From the NCBI GenBank assembly GCA_038046645.1, contig JBBSVU010000006.1, positions 1-64,000 on the forward strand: a stretch of DNA of 64,000 bases. Direction: 5' to 3'. The notes below the pieces were generated by a model. That model did no database searches, was not told the DNA's origin, and was given only the letters and a program-made list of their open reading frames with translations. Positions 28,096 through 38,485 of this stretch are shown piece after piece (the stretch's first letter is position 1; the number at the start of each line of letters is the position of its first letter). The DNA is from an archaeon. GTDB lineage: Archaea; Iainarchaeota; Iainarchaeia; Iainarchaeales; 0-14-0-20-34-12. A program made the translations under genes and the position numbers.

Positions 28096-29397
28096 TTATG
28101 GTAGGTTAAAACTTCTTACCCCTACTCCTAATTTATCTTCAAATGTATTCTTTCTCACATTGCCTTCTAGTTCAATCTTTTTTCCTAAAATGTTGTTTGA
28201 AATTTCCTCAATAAGGTCATCGCTATTTTTTGTTTCTAATTCACTTTTAATTTTATCCGCTTCCTTCCCAATTATTGCCTCAGCGTTTTCCCTGAAAAAT
28301 GTTGTGTCAATGCTGCCTGTGCCGTCATCTACTGTTAATGAAATTATCGCGGTGGGCATCCCCTTTTGTTTGCATTCATCACATTCCCCTGTTTCCCTGT
28401 TCACTTTCTTGCTGCACTGCGGGCAGCTGTCATAAACAAGCCTTCCGCGGTTTACTGAAAGGATTGTGCCAGAAATTTTTATTCTTGAATCAGTTTCAGT
28501 TATCTCTGATATTTTTTTTTCAACAGCCGATTTTATGCCCCCAAGCTCTTCTAATTCAGGAATTTTTTCTTCTGTTTTTGGGGTTTTTAAAACTCTGGCA
28601 GAATACCCTAAATGCAATTCAATATCCTTTAATCCTTGTTTGGTATAAGCCCCCTCAATTTTAATTAAATCGCCTGCTTTTAATTTTAAAATCTCATCAA
28701 CCATATCATTCCATGCAGTAGCCCTTATTGCCTTTGTCCCGTCATTTAGCATGAAATTTATTACCCCCTTTTTTATTCCATCTTTTTCAAAATAGTTTAC
28801 AGGAAAAATATTTATTACCCGGGCTATCACATCAACATTCTGCAACCCCTCTTTTATTTCATTTAATTTCATCAGATTATTTGATTCACTTAATATGATA
28901 GTTTCATTTGTATTCTTATCAATCTGCGAGGAAAAGCCAATATTCAAAGAAGGTTTTTCATTGAACATCGAAATATAGCAATTTTTAAGCAGCAGGATGT
29001 GATTCTTCTGCACATCTTCAAGCTCTTTTACGTGGTTATGCCAGGCGGTTGCCCTGCATTCCCCGGTTTCATCTTCCACAAGCATATTGCACAACAGCCC
29101 TTTTTTCCCGTTTTTCTCAAACTTTTTTGGTGCATAAATGTGTTTTACCCGCACTAAAATTGTAACTGTTTGCATGCCCTCTTTTAACTCATTTATTTTC
29201 GACCTTACAACATTAGCTTCCAAATCAATTCCATAATCCTTTGCAACCATAAATGCTGCGCCTTCCTTGCTTAAAAGCCCAGCCATTTTTTTTTGCTTTC
29301 TGTCTATTTTATCAAGGATTTCTTCATTGCTCTTGCCTGTCTCCTTTATTATCCTTTCAAGAATGCTTTCAAAATTTGCCGCTTGCATAGTATTCAA
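28096..29397 (-). CDS. rpa: replication protein A (three OB folds plus zinc finger)
   Basis: Repeated D.TG..R.T.W OB motifs; CPQC...CDEC. Confidence 0.88.
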   Translation of the reverse strand: MNTMQAANFESILERIIKETGKSNEEILDKIDRKQKKMAGLLSKEGAAFMVAKDYGIDLEANVVRSKINELKEGMQTVTILVRVKHIYAPKKFEKNGKKGLLCNMLVEDETGECRATAWHNHVKELEDVQKNHILLLKNCYISMFNEKPSLNIGFSSQIDKNTNETIILSESNNLMKLNEIKEGLQNVDVIARVINIFPVNYFEKDGIKKGVINFMLNDGTKAIRATAWNDMVDEILKLKAGDLIKIEGAYTKQGLKDIELHLGYSARVLKTPKTEEKIPELEELGGIKSAVEKKISEITETDSRIKISGTILSVNRGRLVYDSCPQCSKKVNRETGECDECKQKGMPTAIISLTVDDGTGSIDTTFFRENAEAIIGKEADKIKSELETKNSDDLIEEISNNILGKKIELEGNVRKNTFEDKLGVGVRSFNLP

Positions 29398-29444
29398 TTA
29401 TCCCTTACAAACAATTTTAACCTTATGCGAACCAGCATTATTTT

Positions 29445-30095
29445 ATGGTTCATGAGATTAAACCGAAGATTTTTACCTTAAAATCAAACAATGAAGGATC
29501 CAATGTTTATTTAATAAAAGACAAATTAAATGTGCTTATTGATTCCTCCTTATCCAAGAATTTTGATTTGATTATTGGTCTCTTGCGCAAGTTGGATTTA
29601 GCGCCGGTTGATATTGATTTGATTCTGCACACCCACGGGCACGCAGACCACATAGGTTGCTCAGCCTTTTTCGAGAAAGCAAAGAGAGCCATGCATCCAT
29701 TCGATGCTTTCCAAGTGAATGAAAAGAAAGATGATTTTTCCTATGCCTATTTTTTCAATCAGAAAGAATATCCTGAAATAGGCAAATTTCTTTCAGATTC
29801 AGAAATAATTGATTGTGGCAGCATTAAACTAAATGTAATTTTTACGCCAGGGCATACAAAAGGCTCGGTTTGTTTTTTTGAACCAAAAAACAAAATACTT
29901 TTTTCTGGTGATACCTTGTTTTATGGGGCATATGGAAGGACAGACCTGACTTCAAGTGATGAAGCAGACATGAAATCATCTCTTGAAAAACTTTCAAATA
30001 TTGATTTTGAGGTTTTGCTTCCAGGGCACGGAAGGTTTTTGACTGGAAAAAAAGCGCAGAAATCAAATATTGAAAATTTGCTGGCTTTGTTTTAG
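29445..30095 (+). CDS. MBL-fold metallohydrolase
   Basis: THGHADHIG, TPGHT, SGDTLF and PGHG motifs. Confidence 0.92.
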   Translation: MVHEIKPKIFTLKSNNEGSNVYLIKDKLNVLIDSSLSKNFDLIIGLLRKLDLAPVDIDLILHTHGHADHIGCSAFFEKAKRAMHPFDAFQVNEKKDDFSYAYFFNQKEYPEIGKFLSDSEIIDCGSIKLNVIFTPGHTKGSVCFFEPKNKILFSGDTLFYGAYGRTDLTSSDEADMKSSLEKLSNIDFEVLLPGHGRFLTGKKAQKSNIENLLALF

Positions 30096-30136
30096 TTCGA
30101 AGAGAAATAGCGCACAGCATGGTTTAAATACCTGTT

Positions 30137-30940
30137 TTGCCCCTATTTTATCTTATGATTAAAGACCATTTTGGGAAAACCTATCAGAAGATTGTGGCTG
30201 AATTGGATAAAAAAAAGGGTTTGGCATTTTTGGTCATAGACCCGCCAAATCAGGAACCGAAGTTAGCAGGAAAGCTGGCGCAGATTGCAGAATCCAATAA
30301 TTTCGGCGCAATTGCCATTGGGGGGTCAGTTGGGGCGGAAGGAAAACTGCTTGAAGAAACCCTGCAGGAGATAAAGGATAACTGCAAGCTTCCTAGAGTT
30401 TTATTCCCTGGCAATATCTCAACATTGTCGGCAAATGCTGATGCTATTTATTTTATGAGCATGTTAAATTCAACAGATCCTTATTATATTACCGGGGCAC
30501 AAATAGCTTCCTCCTCATCTATTAAAAGAATTAAATTAGAAGCAATCCCTACTTCCTATATTATTGTTGAGCCAGGAAGGGCAGTTGGGTGGATGGGCAA
30601 AGCCAAATTAATACCCAGGGATGTTCCGTATCTAGCAGCAATAACTGCGTTAGCAGGGCAATATATGGGGGCTCATTGGGCAATCCTTGAATCAGGGGGA
30701 GGAGCACCAGAACCAGCTCCGCTTGAGATGATTTCATTCACAAAGAAAATGATTGATATTCCGTTAATTGTTGCTGGTGGTGTCAGAACTCCTGATTGGG
30801 CCTATAAAGTAATCAAGGCTGGGGCAGATATCATTCACATTGGCGCTGCAATAGAGGCAACAAATGGAGATTTGAAAAAAGCAGATTCCAGGATTTCAGA
30901 ATTCAGCAAAGCAGTTGAAAAAGCAGCAAGGGAAAAATAA
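30137..30940 (+). CDS. geranylgeranylglyceryl phosphate synthase
   Basis: IDP, IGGS, LFPG, LESGGGA and VAGGVR motifs. Confidence 0.9.
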   Translation: MPLFYLMIKDHFGKTYQKIVAELDKKKGLAFLVIDPPNQEPKLAGKLAQIAESNNFGAIAIGGSVGAEGKLLEETLQEIKDNCKLPRVLFPGNISTLSANADAIYFMSMLNSTDPYYITGAQIASSSSIKRIKLEAIPTSYIIVEPGRAVGWMGKAKLIPRDVPYLAAITALAGQYMGAHWAILESGGGAPEPAPLEMISFTKKMIDIPLIVAGGVRTPDWAYKVIKAGADIIHIGAAIEATNGDLKKADSRISEFSKAVEKAAREK

Positions 30941-30976
30941 TTCTTTTTCTTATCCCTATTTTTGCAATAACCTAAA

Positions 30977-31897
30977 TTATTTTCTTATCTTTTTCTCTTT
31001 TTCTAGAATCTCAAAAACAGTCCTTGCAATCGCTTCCTTAGTATCATAGCTTGGTTTCCAGCCTAATGCCTTTATTTTTTCTATGCTATACCATCTCCCC
31101 CTTGTTAACCTGTCAAGATGCTCTGGGCTTACAATTGATTTTTTGCCAAATAGTTTTCCAATAACTAAGTAAAAATATGCCAAAATTTTTCCAATAACAG
31201 TAGGAACGCTTTTCTGGTTTTTGTTCATTCCCAAGGATTTTCTTATTTCAAGTATTACCTCTTTCAATGTAAGCGGGCTTTCTTCTGCAATATTCAATGT
31301 TTCCCCAGCTGCTTTTTTGTGTTCAACCACAAATATGAGTGCATTAACCAAATCAGTAATATAGATCATCTGCCATTTATTCTCCCCATTCCCTATTAGT
31401 GGGAAATCCTTTCTAATTAGCTGAATTATTTTTTCCCAATATTCATTTTGCCCGAGAATAATTGTCGGCCTTAGAATATTTATAGTAATTAACTCTTGAT
31501 ATTCATTCAGAATACGCTCTGCTAATAATTTAGTTTTTTCATAATGTGTTTTGGGGTTTAATTTAGATTCTTCTGTTTTTATTTCTTCACAATCGCCATA
31601 AACCCCTACCGAACTCATTAAAATAAATCTTGAAACTTTGTTTTCAACAGCTGCTTTAATCAGATTTTCAGTTCCAGTAATATTTACTTTATTTAGCAGC
31701 GGTGAATGTTCATCCAAAACAGCAGCCAAATGCAGGACAATATCAATTGAGCCGCACGCAGCTCTGCACTGCCCCACATCTAAAATGTCTTCCCCTTTTT
31801 TGGAATCAAATTCCCGGATCCAATGCCCCCTTTTTCTAAGAACCTCAACAATTCTCTGCCCAACAAAACCTGAAGAGCCGGTTACTAAAATACGCAT
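30977..31897 (-). CDS. NAD-dependent epimerase/dehydratase
   Basis: GSSGFVG, HLAA and YxxxK (YEKTK) motifs. Confidence 0.9.
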   Translation of the reverse strand: MRILVTGSSGFVGQRIVEVLRKRGHWIREFDSKKGEDILDVGQCRAACGSIDIVLHLAAVLDEHSPLLNKVNITGTENLIKAAVENKVSRFILMSSVGVYGDCEEIKTEESKLNPKTHYEKTKLLAERILNEYQELITINILRPTIILGQNEYWEKIIQLIRKDFPLIGNGENKWQMIYITDLVNALIFVVEHKKAAGETLNIAEESPLTLKEVILEIRKSLGMNKNQKSVPTVIGKILAYFYLVIGKLFGKKSIVSPEHLDRLTRGRWYSIEKIKALGWKPSYDTKEAIARTVFEILEKEKKIRK

Positions 31898-32056
31898 GAT
31901 TATCCACAGTGTTTTATGATGTTAAAAAAAAATAATATATTGTACTGAGTTAAGTATAATTTATTAATAAATGTTTTTGTTGACAATCTTTTTTCCAATA
32001 ACTATGAAATTTCACCAAATGCTCTATTTTTAACCTTTTTTTTGGTTTGATTAGTT

Positions 32057-33124
32057 ATGATAGGCATAGATGGAGCACACGGTGAGTCCGGAGGGCAGAT
32101 TTTAAGGACAACTTTGGCATTATCCGCACTTTTGCAAAAAGAAATAGAAATAAAAGATATTAGAAAAGGCCGTGAGAAACCAGGCTTGAGGCCACAGCAT
32201 TTAGCTGCAGTAAAAACAATGGCTAATGTTTGCAATGCCAGGATTTCTGGCCTGTTTGAAAATAGCACTGCTTTAACTTTTAATCCTACAAAAATCCAGT
32301 CAGCACAATTGAATATTAATATTTCAACCGCAGGTTCAGCTGCATTGCTTTTGCAGCAATTATTTCCAGTTGCATTGTTGGAGGAATTTACCTTTAGAAT
32401 TGTTGCTGGCACCGATGTTCCATTTTCTCCATCACTTAATTATTTGAATGCTGTTTTTTGCCCTATCATCAAAAAATTGGGTGCGAATTTTTCACTTGAA
32501 CAAATGGCTCATGGCTATTATCCCATAGGAAATGGCCGTGTTGTTTTTAGTTCAAAAAAAGCAAAGCTTCCATTAAAACCAATAAACATCAGCAAATTAG
32601 GCAATCTTGAGTGCTTTAAACTATTTTCACATTCTTCAGGGCTGCCAATGGAGGTAGTGGATAATCAATTATGTGCAGCAAAAAATATTCTCTCAAAGAA
32701 TTTTGAGGGTATTGATATTTTTGACAAGATTGATTTTTCATCCAGAAAGGATACGATAGGCTCAGGGATAGACATCTTTGCATGTTTTTCCTCTGGTGCG
32801 GTTTTAGGCACAAATTCTTTAGGTAAAAAAGGCATTCCGGCAACAAACGTTGGGAATGAGGCAGCAGAAAAAATCGTTTCAGAATTAAAAGCTGAAAAAC
32901 CTTGCGATTCCCATTTGGCTGACCAGCTTATTATATATATGGCTCTTGCAAAAGGCATTTCAAAGATAGAGTGCACAAAATTGACAAACCATGCTCTGAC
33001 AAATATCTGGGTCATAGAGCAATTTTTGCCAGTAAAATTCCAAGTAACTGGGAATCTTAATGAAGCAGCAGAGATTTCAGTTGAAGGCATTGGATTTACC
33101 CTCCAAGATAACCCAAGTCTTTAG
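32057..33124 (+). CDS. rtcA: RNA 3'-terminal phosphate cyclase
   Basis: GGQILRT, PGLRPQH, HLADQL and the catalytic TNHALTN motif. Confidence 0.95.
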   Translation: MIGIDGAHGESGGQILRTTLALSALLQKEIEIKDIRKGREKPGLRPQHLAAVKTMANVCNARISGLFENSTALTFNPTKIQSAQLNINISTAGSAALLLQQLFPVALLEEFTFRIVAGTDVPFSPSLNYLNAVFCPIIKKLGANFSLEQMAHGYYPIGNGRVVFSSKKAKLPLKPINISKLGNLECFKLFSHSSGLPMEVVDNQLCAAKNILSKNFEGIDIFDKIDFSSRKDTIGSGIDIFACFSSGAVLGTNSLGKKGIPATNVGNEAAEKIVSELKAEKPCDSHLADQLIIYMALAKGISKIECTKLTNHALTNIWVIEQFLPVKFQVTGNLNEAAEISVEGIGFTLQDNPSL

Positions 33125-33160
33125 AATTAAAATAAGTAGTTATTCAGAATTCCTTGCTGC

Positions 33161-34354
33161 TTATTCTTTACGGTATTTCTTTTTTGCATTATTTAATGCA
33201 ATGTGCACTGCCTGAGTACTTAAAGGCATTTCAGGGTCTAATACCTTACCAACTTCCCACAAATAAGGGAACCTTCCCTTTTCCCTAATTGTCCTTCTTA
33301 CAAGTTTTGTATAGGCAGCAACAGCCCTTCTTTCTGAGGGTGCTAGATTGGCAGGCATTTCCTGCGTAAAAAATTCAGAATATCTATTTTGACTAACAAT
33401 GCTTGACCTCCCATCTGAAGGTATGCTTGTAGTTTCTGCAACCTCCCTATATCTTTGTAATGTACTTCTTTCTCTTTTACTTTTTCTGAAAGTATTCAAT
33501 ATAAAAAAATTAGTGTGCATTCCAATAAAGGAATGTACTTTCATTCCTTTCGTTGGATCATACTCATCCAATTTTTCAAATAGCATTGCAGTTATTGCAG
33601 CAAACATCTCACTATTATTGCAATTATACCTTTTCATAATGCTGTAGATTAAGCCTTTATTTTCTTTTATTTTATTGGCTTTTTCCCTAGGGCTGAAAAG
33701 ATTTGTTTTTACTGCTTTATGCTCAATCCTTTTTGCTTTTCCCTTTTGCCTTAATTTTTCATAAATAGAGACTACATCATTTTTAGTTATGGTTCCATCG
33801 CCATGTTCTTTTATATACTGTGGAATGTCATTTATTCGAATTTTTCTGGCAGGATCCGTTAAAATTTTCTTAACCATTGCTAAATCCCTTTCGCTAGGTA
33901 AAGGCCCTTGGCGATGTGTCTCTAGAAAAGCTAATTTTCCTAATCTTCTAATTTCTGGTTCAGTCCTTAATCCAGAATTTATTAAAATGGCACGCACAGT
34001 TCTTCCAGCGACTTTAATTCCTTCATCACCCATTTTTCTGGTGATCTCCTCAACATTCAATTTTCTAGTCTTCCCTAAAGGGCTTTCCACTTCTGAAGCA
34101 GCCAATTCTTTTATCTTTTCTATTGTTTCTGTAGGAACCTTCTGGTCTGAAAGTGCAATTCTTTTTGCCCTATCCCATTGTTCTTTTGATAGTCTTGAAT
34201 ACTTTCGAACAGTAGTTGTATCAACCCCAATACGCTCTGCTATCTCTATTTGTGTTAATGGCCTTTTTCTTGGTCTTTTTGCAAGTTTTCTTATTGTTGC
34301 TGTAACTTTTTTATTAGGAACCTTGGCGTTTGGGAATCTTCCTTTTGCTAGCAT
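33161..34354 (-). CDS. divergent sigma70-like protein (regions 2 and 4) with N-terminal tandem HTHs
   Basis: NKGLIYSIMKRY...EKLDEYDPTKGMKVHSF resembles region 2; LAPSERRAV...LWEVGKVL...STQAVHIALNNAKKK resembles region 4. Confidence 0.6.
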   Translation of the reverse strand: MLAKGRFPNAKVPNKKVTATIRKLAKRPRKRPLTQIEIAERIGVDTTTVRKYSRLSKEQWDRAKRIALSDQKVPTETIEKIKELAASEVESPLGKTRKLNVEEITRKMGDEGIKVAGRTVRAILINSGLRTEPEIRRLGKLAFLETHRQGPLPSERDLAMVKKILTDPARKIRINDIPQYIKEHGDGTITKNDVVSIYEKLRQKGKAKRIEHKAVKTNLFSPREKANKIKENKGLIYSIMKRYNCNNSEMFAAITAMLFEKLDEYDPTKGMKVHSFIGMHTNFFILNTFRKSKRERSTLQRYREVAETTSIPSDGRSSIVSQNRYSEFFTQEMPANLAPSERRAVAAYTKLVRRTIREKGRFPYLWEVGKVLDPEMPLSTQAVHIALNNAKKKYRKE

Positions 34355-34424
34355 AATCTTATTACTTATAAAATAGTTATTAAATTGTATGGAATGGTTA
34401 TCCTGATTTTGTCTTCAATTAAAT

Positions 34425-34805
34425 TTAAAGCAATTCATTTTCAAGCAAATCAACAATCATATTCTTTACAATTTCATTGCACCTTTTCTTTGGCTTTAAA
34501 ATCCTGCAGCATGCTACTTTATTCCTTGCAATAAATTTCTGGTGCAGTTTATTGCTGATTGCATAAGCTTCAGCTTTGCTCAAATCCTTGTTTTTCAGGT
34601 TGGAAATTAAGATTGCTCCGATTAATGCCCCACATACACACCCCGAATTCAAACCAGAGCCAAAAAACTGTGCCAAATTTTCAAATTCTTTTTTGTTTTC
34701 CAAACCTAGCTTCTCTGTGCATATTTTAAGGACACATTCACAACAATTCTTTTTGCCATACATTTCATTTACTAATTTCTCAATTTCTTTTTCATCAATC
34801 TTCAT
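34425..34805 (-). CDS. C-GCAxxG-C-C family putative redox protein
   Basis: NCCECV, GCVCGALIG, CC..L and final C. Confidence 0.85.
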   Translation of the reverse strand: MKIDEKEIEKLVNEMYGKKNCCECVLKICTEKLGLENKKEFENLAQFFGSGLNSGCVCGALIGAILISNLKNKDLSKAEAYAISNKLHQKFIARNKVACCRILKPKKRCNEIVKNMIVDLLENELL

Positions 34806-34813
34806 AAGAACCC

Positions 34814-35587
34814 CTATTTTGTTATCTTTTTAATTAATTTTCCTTCACAATTCTTATCTGCAACTTTCCACAATTTTTCGAAATGTTCTGCATATGTTTC
34901 CGCTAACTGTTTATTCCTTATCATAATTACGCTGATTGGCATCTGCCAAATCACAATGGCAATTTTATCTCCATAAATAAAAGTGTTAGTGGGGTTTAGG
35001 TATTCGGATTCAAGAAATCTATATTTTGTGGATGGGTTATCAAAAATCAGAATGCCTTTCTTCTTGAGGGAAATTACCCTTTCCTTTATGCCATTTTCCC
35101 TGAGCTTTCTGAAGTATTGTGGCATAAAAATTGGCAAAGTTTCATCATATTTTGTGTCATCAAGCCCGAATAAGCAAACATCTTTTTTTGTGCGGATAAT
35201 ATCCGTCAAAAATACCTTCAAACCTTCTTTTCCCTTAAACACTTCTACTTTTGTCTCCAGGTTATCTTCTTGTGACCAAGAAATAAGATCGGGCAAGCAA
35301 TTCTGAAGCTCTTCTTTAGTTTTTGCTATTTCATTATTTTTTTCTTCAAGATACTCTAAAAGCTTGTTAGGGTGATGTGCTTGGAACACCTTCTTTTTAC
35401 CTTTATGCACATAGCTTATTAGTCCTCTTTTTAGTAATGTTTCAAGTTTGTCGTAAACATGTGGTCTATAAATGCCTGTTTTTTGTGAAAGTTCATATGC
35501 TGAAGCTTCTCCACCCCTCAACAATGACACATATATTTGAATTTCATTATCAGATAGCCCCATTTTCTTTAATACTTCTAATTTCAT
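34814..35587 (-). CDS. TrmB-family transcriptional regulator
   Basis: GLSDNEIQIYVSLL...RPHVYDKLETLLKRGLI wHTH; C-terminal FEKLWK. Confidence 0.9.
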   Translation of the reverse strand: MKLEVLKKMGLSDNEIQIYVSLLRGGEASAYELSQKTGIYRPHVYDKLETLLKRGLISYVHKGKKKVFQAHHPNKLLEYLEEKNNEIAKTKEELQNCLPDLISWSQEDNLETKVEVFKGKEGLKVFLTDIIRTKKDVCLFGLDDTKYDETLPIFMPQYFRKLRENGIKERVISLKKKGILIFDNPSTKYRFLESEYLNPTNTFIYGDKIAIVIWQMPISVIMIRNKQLAETYAEHFEKLWKVADKNCEGKLIKKITK

Positions 35588-35621
35588 AAAAATTACTTGT
35601 GTAAATGTCTTTAAAATATTT

Positions 35622-35640
35622 TCGTCCTAGTTCTGGACGA
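35622..35640. promoter_or_regulatory. putative operator TCGTCC-N7-GGACGA
   Basis: GC-rich inverted repeat in the divergent intergenic region between the TrmB gene and 35677. Confidence 0.5.
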
Positions 35641-35676
35641 CAGAAACATATTAACAAAAGAAATTATTGTTAATAT

Positions 35677-36045
35677 ATGTTCGTGGAAATAATTTGGCAT
35701 TTGATTCAGTTTGATATCATTTGGTTTGTTGATTTGCTTTTAGCCAATCTGCACTGGGCTTTTGCATTCTTTGCCTTGGGTTTTATCTTCTTTAATGGCA
35801 AAAACCCCTGGAAGAAATTTATTGTATTGGCAACAGTCCCGCTTATTTGGGAGGACTTTAGCGCTTTAACAGGGATTGTTTTATTTATTACAGAGTTCTT
35901 GGCAATTTACTATGTTATACAGATAGCAACCTTAAGATTTGCTGAGGATTATCCGCAAATATCCAATAAATTGCACTGGGTGGAAGAATTTTTCACAATG
36001 GCTTTAGTTCTTTTGTTTAATTTTGGAGGTTTGTTATGGCAATAA
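35677..36045 (+). CDS. small multi-pass membrane protein (cassette 1, protein A)
   Basis: Hydrophobic; similar to 49805-50161. Confidence 0.8.
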   Translation: MFVEIIWHLIQFDIIWFVDLLLANLHWAFAFFALGFIFFNGKNPWKKFIVLATVPLIWEDFSALTGIVLFITEFLAIYYVIQIATLRFAEDYPQISNKLHWVEEFFTMALVLLFNFGGLLWQ

Positions 36046-36209
36046 CAAGAATATTTTTTGCATTTTCAATAGCATTCCTTCTGCATATGTTTGCAGGCCT
36101 TTTTTTAGGGCCTGGGATTGGGAATTTACAGGAAGGTTTTTTCACTCCTTTTGGTTTTTTATTAACTGCGGGAGTAGCGTTTGTTGAAATGACTTTTCTG
36201 GCCCAATAA
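36036..36209 (+). CDS. 57-aa two-helix membrane protein (cassette 1, protein B)
   Basis: MAITRIFFAFSIAFLLHMFAGLFLGPGIGNLQEGFFTPFGFLLTAGVAFVEMTFLAQ; GGAGG RBS; overlaps the upstream gene end; not in the ORF track. Confidence 0.7.
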   Translation: MAITRIFFAFSIAFLLHMFAGLFLGPGIGNLQEGFFTPFGFLLTAGVAFVEMTFLAQ

Positions 36210-36224
36210 TTGGAATCAAATCAC

Positions 36225-36259
36225 TGACGCTCCATGGGCTGAAGCCCATGGAGCGTCAC
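36225..36259. repeat. 34-bp palindrome ending GTCAC (REP/IS605-end-like; possible terminator)
   Basis: TGACGCTCCATGGGCT-GA-AGCCCATGGAGCGTCA between convergent genes. Confidence 0.7.
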
Positions 36260-37341
36260 ATCTGTTTTGTGCGGAGCATCAAATCTTTGCCGCTTTTTTT
36301 GATGTCCAATATTTTCAGCTTAGCTTTTACTGTTTCATCAATAAAATCAATTCCATTTTTTACTTTTTTTTGGGAAATAAAAAATAAAATTTCATCATTT
36401 AATCTTTCTTTCAAAAAACTTGAATTAATCTTCTGTCCCCCCTCTACAAGAATGCTGGTAATTCCTCTCTTGCCAATTTCTCTTAGAACCTCTTTCAGAT
36501 TCAAGAAGCCGTTTTTTTGCGTCACCTTAATAATTTCAATCTTTTTGTTTGGATTTTTCCCCAGCATCTCTTTTTCTTTGTTTTTTCCCCTATTTTTCGA
36601 GCAGAAAATTATTGTTTTAGCATTGCTTTTAAACAATTTCGCATTTTTTGGAGTTTTCAATTCAGGGTCAAGAATAATTTTTATTGGATCTCTCCCAGTT
36701 TTCAATCTGCAATTTAATTTTGGATTATCCTTCAAAACAGTATTTATGCCAACAAGCAAAGCATTACACTTATTTCTTAATTCATGCACTTTTTTTTGGC
36801 TTTCTTTGCCTGTGATTTTTCTCCCTTTGCCGTCCCCCCAAGTAATCTTTCCATTTTTTGTAATCGCAATCTTCAGAAGCACATAAGGTTTCTTTGTTTT
36901 CATCCATATTATGTATTCTTTATTCAATTCTTCTGCTTCTTTCCTGCACAACCCAACTTTAATCTTAATTCCTGCATTTTCCAATTCTTTAATTCCTCTG
37001 CCCGCAACAATTGGATTGACATCAAGCATTGCAACATTAACTTTTTTGATTCCGGCTTTAATTATTGCCTTTGTGCAAGGTCCGGTTTTTCCATAATGGC
37101 AGCAAGGCTCTAATGTAACAAACATTTCTACATTTTCAGTTGATTTCCTGCCCTTTCTTTTCCAAGCATCTGCAATTGCATTAATCTCAGCATGCTCTTT
37201 TCCAAATTCTTTATGCCAGCCTTTACCAATGATTTTCCCGTTCTTTGCAATTACGCAGCCTACTGATGGGTTTGGGTGTGTAAAACCAGTGCCTTCCTTA
37301 GCAAGTTTAATCGCCAATTGCATGAAATACTTTTTTCCCAT
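36256..37341 (-). CDS. ribD: bifunctional riboflavin deaminase/reductase
   Basis: PNPSVGCV, HAE, TLEPCCH..KTGPC and VEGG motifs. Confidence 0.95.
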   Translation of the reverse strand: MGKKYFMQLAIKLAKEGTGFTHPNPSVGCVIAKNGKIIGKGWHKEFGKEHAEINAIADAWKRKGRKSTENVEMFVTLEPCCHYGKTGPCTKAIIKAGIKKVNVAMLDVNPIVAGRGIKELENAGIKIKVGLCRKEAEELNKEYIIWMKTKKPYVLLKIAITKNGKITWGDGKGRKITGKESQKKVHELRNKCNALLVGINTVLKDNPKLNCRLKTGRDPIKIILDPELKTPKNAKLFKSNAKTIIFCSKNRGKNKEKEMLGKNPNKKIEIIKVTQKNGFLNLKEVLREIGKRGITSILVEGGQKINSSFLKERLNDEILFFISQKKVKNGIDFIDETVKAKLKILDIKKSGKDLMLRTKQM

Positions 37342-37542
37342 TAGCCTACTTAATAAAAAGCTTTTTTTAAACTGAATTCTGCATTATGTTTTTGAAAGTA
37401 TTGAATATATGGTTCCTTGCCCTAGAAATAGCTTTTTAAACCTTATATTGAATAATTTCTTCCTATATAGATTCTATTTTTGTTAGAGTCTCCGGCCTTA
37501 GGGCCGCAGAAAATATCCCCTGTAAAGGGTTGAGGTGAATAG

Positions 37543-38154
37543 ATGGCAGTATATGACGTTCCTGCAAGGGAATTAATTGAAGCAGTTGCTCTAGATTTGG
37601 AAAGTAAATTTAACATAGTGCAACCAGCATTTGTTGAATACGTAAAATCAGGCTCGCACAAGGAAAGGGCACCTGACCAAAAAAATTGGTTTTACGTAAG
37701 AATGGCCTCTTTATTATATAGGGTTTATAAAGAAGGTTCTGTTGGTGTTAGTTCATTAAGAACTTATTATGGTGGAAAAAAAAGGAGAGGGGTTAAGCCG
37801 CCAATATTCAGGAAAGCCTCAGGCAAGGTTATTAGGTTAGGTTTGCAGAATTTAGAGAAATCAGGCTTAATACAAAAAGGCGCAAAAGGTAGGGTTATTT
37901 CGCCAAAAGGGGTTTCATATTTAAACAAAAAATCAAATGAAGTAAAGAAAGTAGTGGCTGATAAAGTAAAGTTTGCGGCAGAAAAGAGATTGCAGGAATT
38001 GCAGGAAGCAGAAAAAAGAAGATTGTTGGCTGAAAAACAACAAAAAGAGAAACAAGCGGCAATGCAAAAGCCCCAAAGAAAAGACGCTAATGCCCCAAAA
38101 CAAGCCAAGCCAGAATTTGAGAAAAAGCAAGAGGAGCATAAGAAAGAGAAATAA
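37543..38154 (+). CDS. rps19e: ribosomal protein S19e with a charged C-terminal extension
   Basis: VKSGSHKERAP..NWFYVR and YGGKKRRG motifs. Confidence 0.95.
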   Translation: MAVYDVPARELIEAVALDLESKFNIVQPAFVEYVKSGSHKERAPDQKNWFYVRMASLLYRVYKEGSVGVSSLRTYYGGKKRRGVKPPIFRKASGKVIRLGLQNLEKSGLIQKGAKGRVISPKGVSYLNKKSNEVKKVVADKVKFAAEKRLQELQEAEKRRLLAEKQQKEKQAAMQKPQRKDANAPKQAKPEFEKKQEEHKKEK

Positions 38155-38177
38155 GGGAGATTTTTCTTTCTTGGTGA

Positions 38178-38483
38178 TTGCATATGGATGCTGAATTAGA
38201 AGAGTTAAAACAGCAAAGGGCATTCCAATTGAAGCAAGCCGAGCAGCAGGCCCAGGCAGAAGCACAATTGAAGCAATTGCTTGACATCATTATGACCCAA
38301 AAAGCAAAAGAGAGAATAATGAATGTTCGCTTGGTAAATAAGGAGCTTTATTTAAAAGCAGCCCAGTATATACTATTAATGTACCGCGCCGGGAAGCTGC
38401 AAGGAAAGCTCGAGGAAGAAGGATTAATCCAATTGTTAAAATCATTATCCCAAAAAAGGGAAATAAAGATCGTGAGGAAATAA
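38178..38483 (+). CDS. PDCD5-like DNA-binding protein
   Basis: ELEELKQQR, AKERIMNVRLV and REIKIVRK; conserved position after rps19e. Confidence 0.88.
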   Translation: MHMDAELEELKQQRAFQLKQAEQQAQAEAQLKQLLDIIMTQKAKERIMNVRLVNKELYLKAAQYILLMYRAGKLQGKLEEEGLIQLLKSLSQKREIKIVRK

Positions 38484-38485
38484 TT

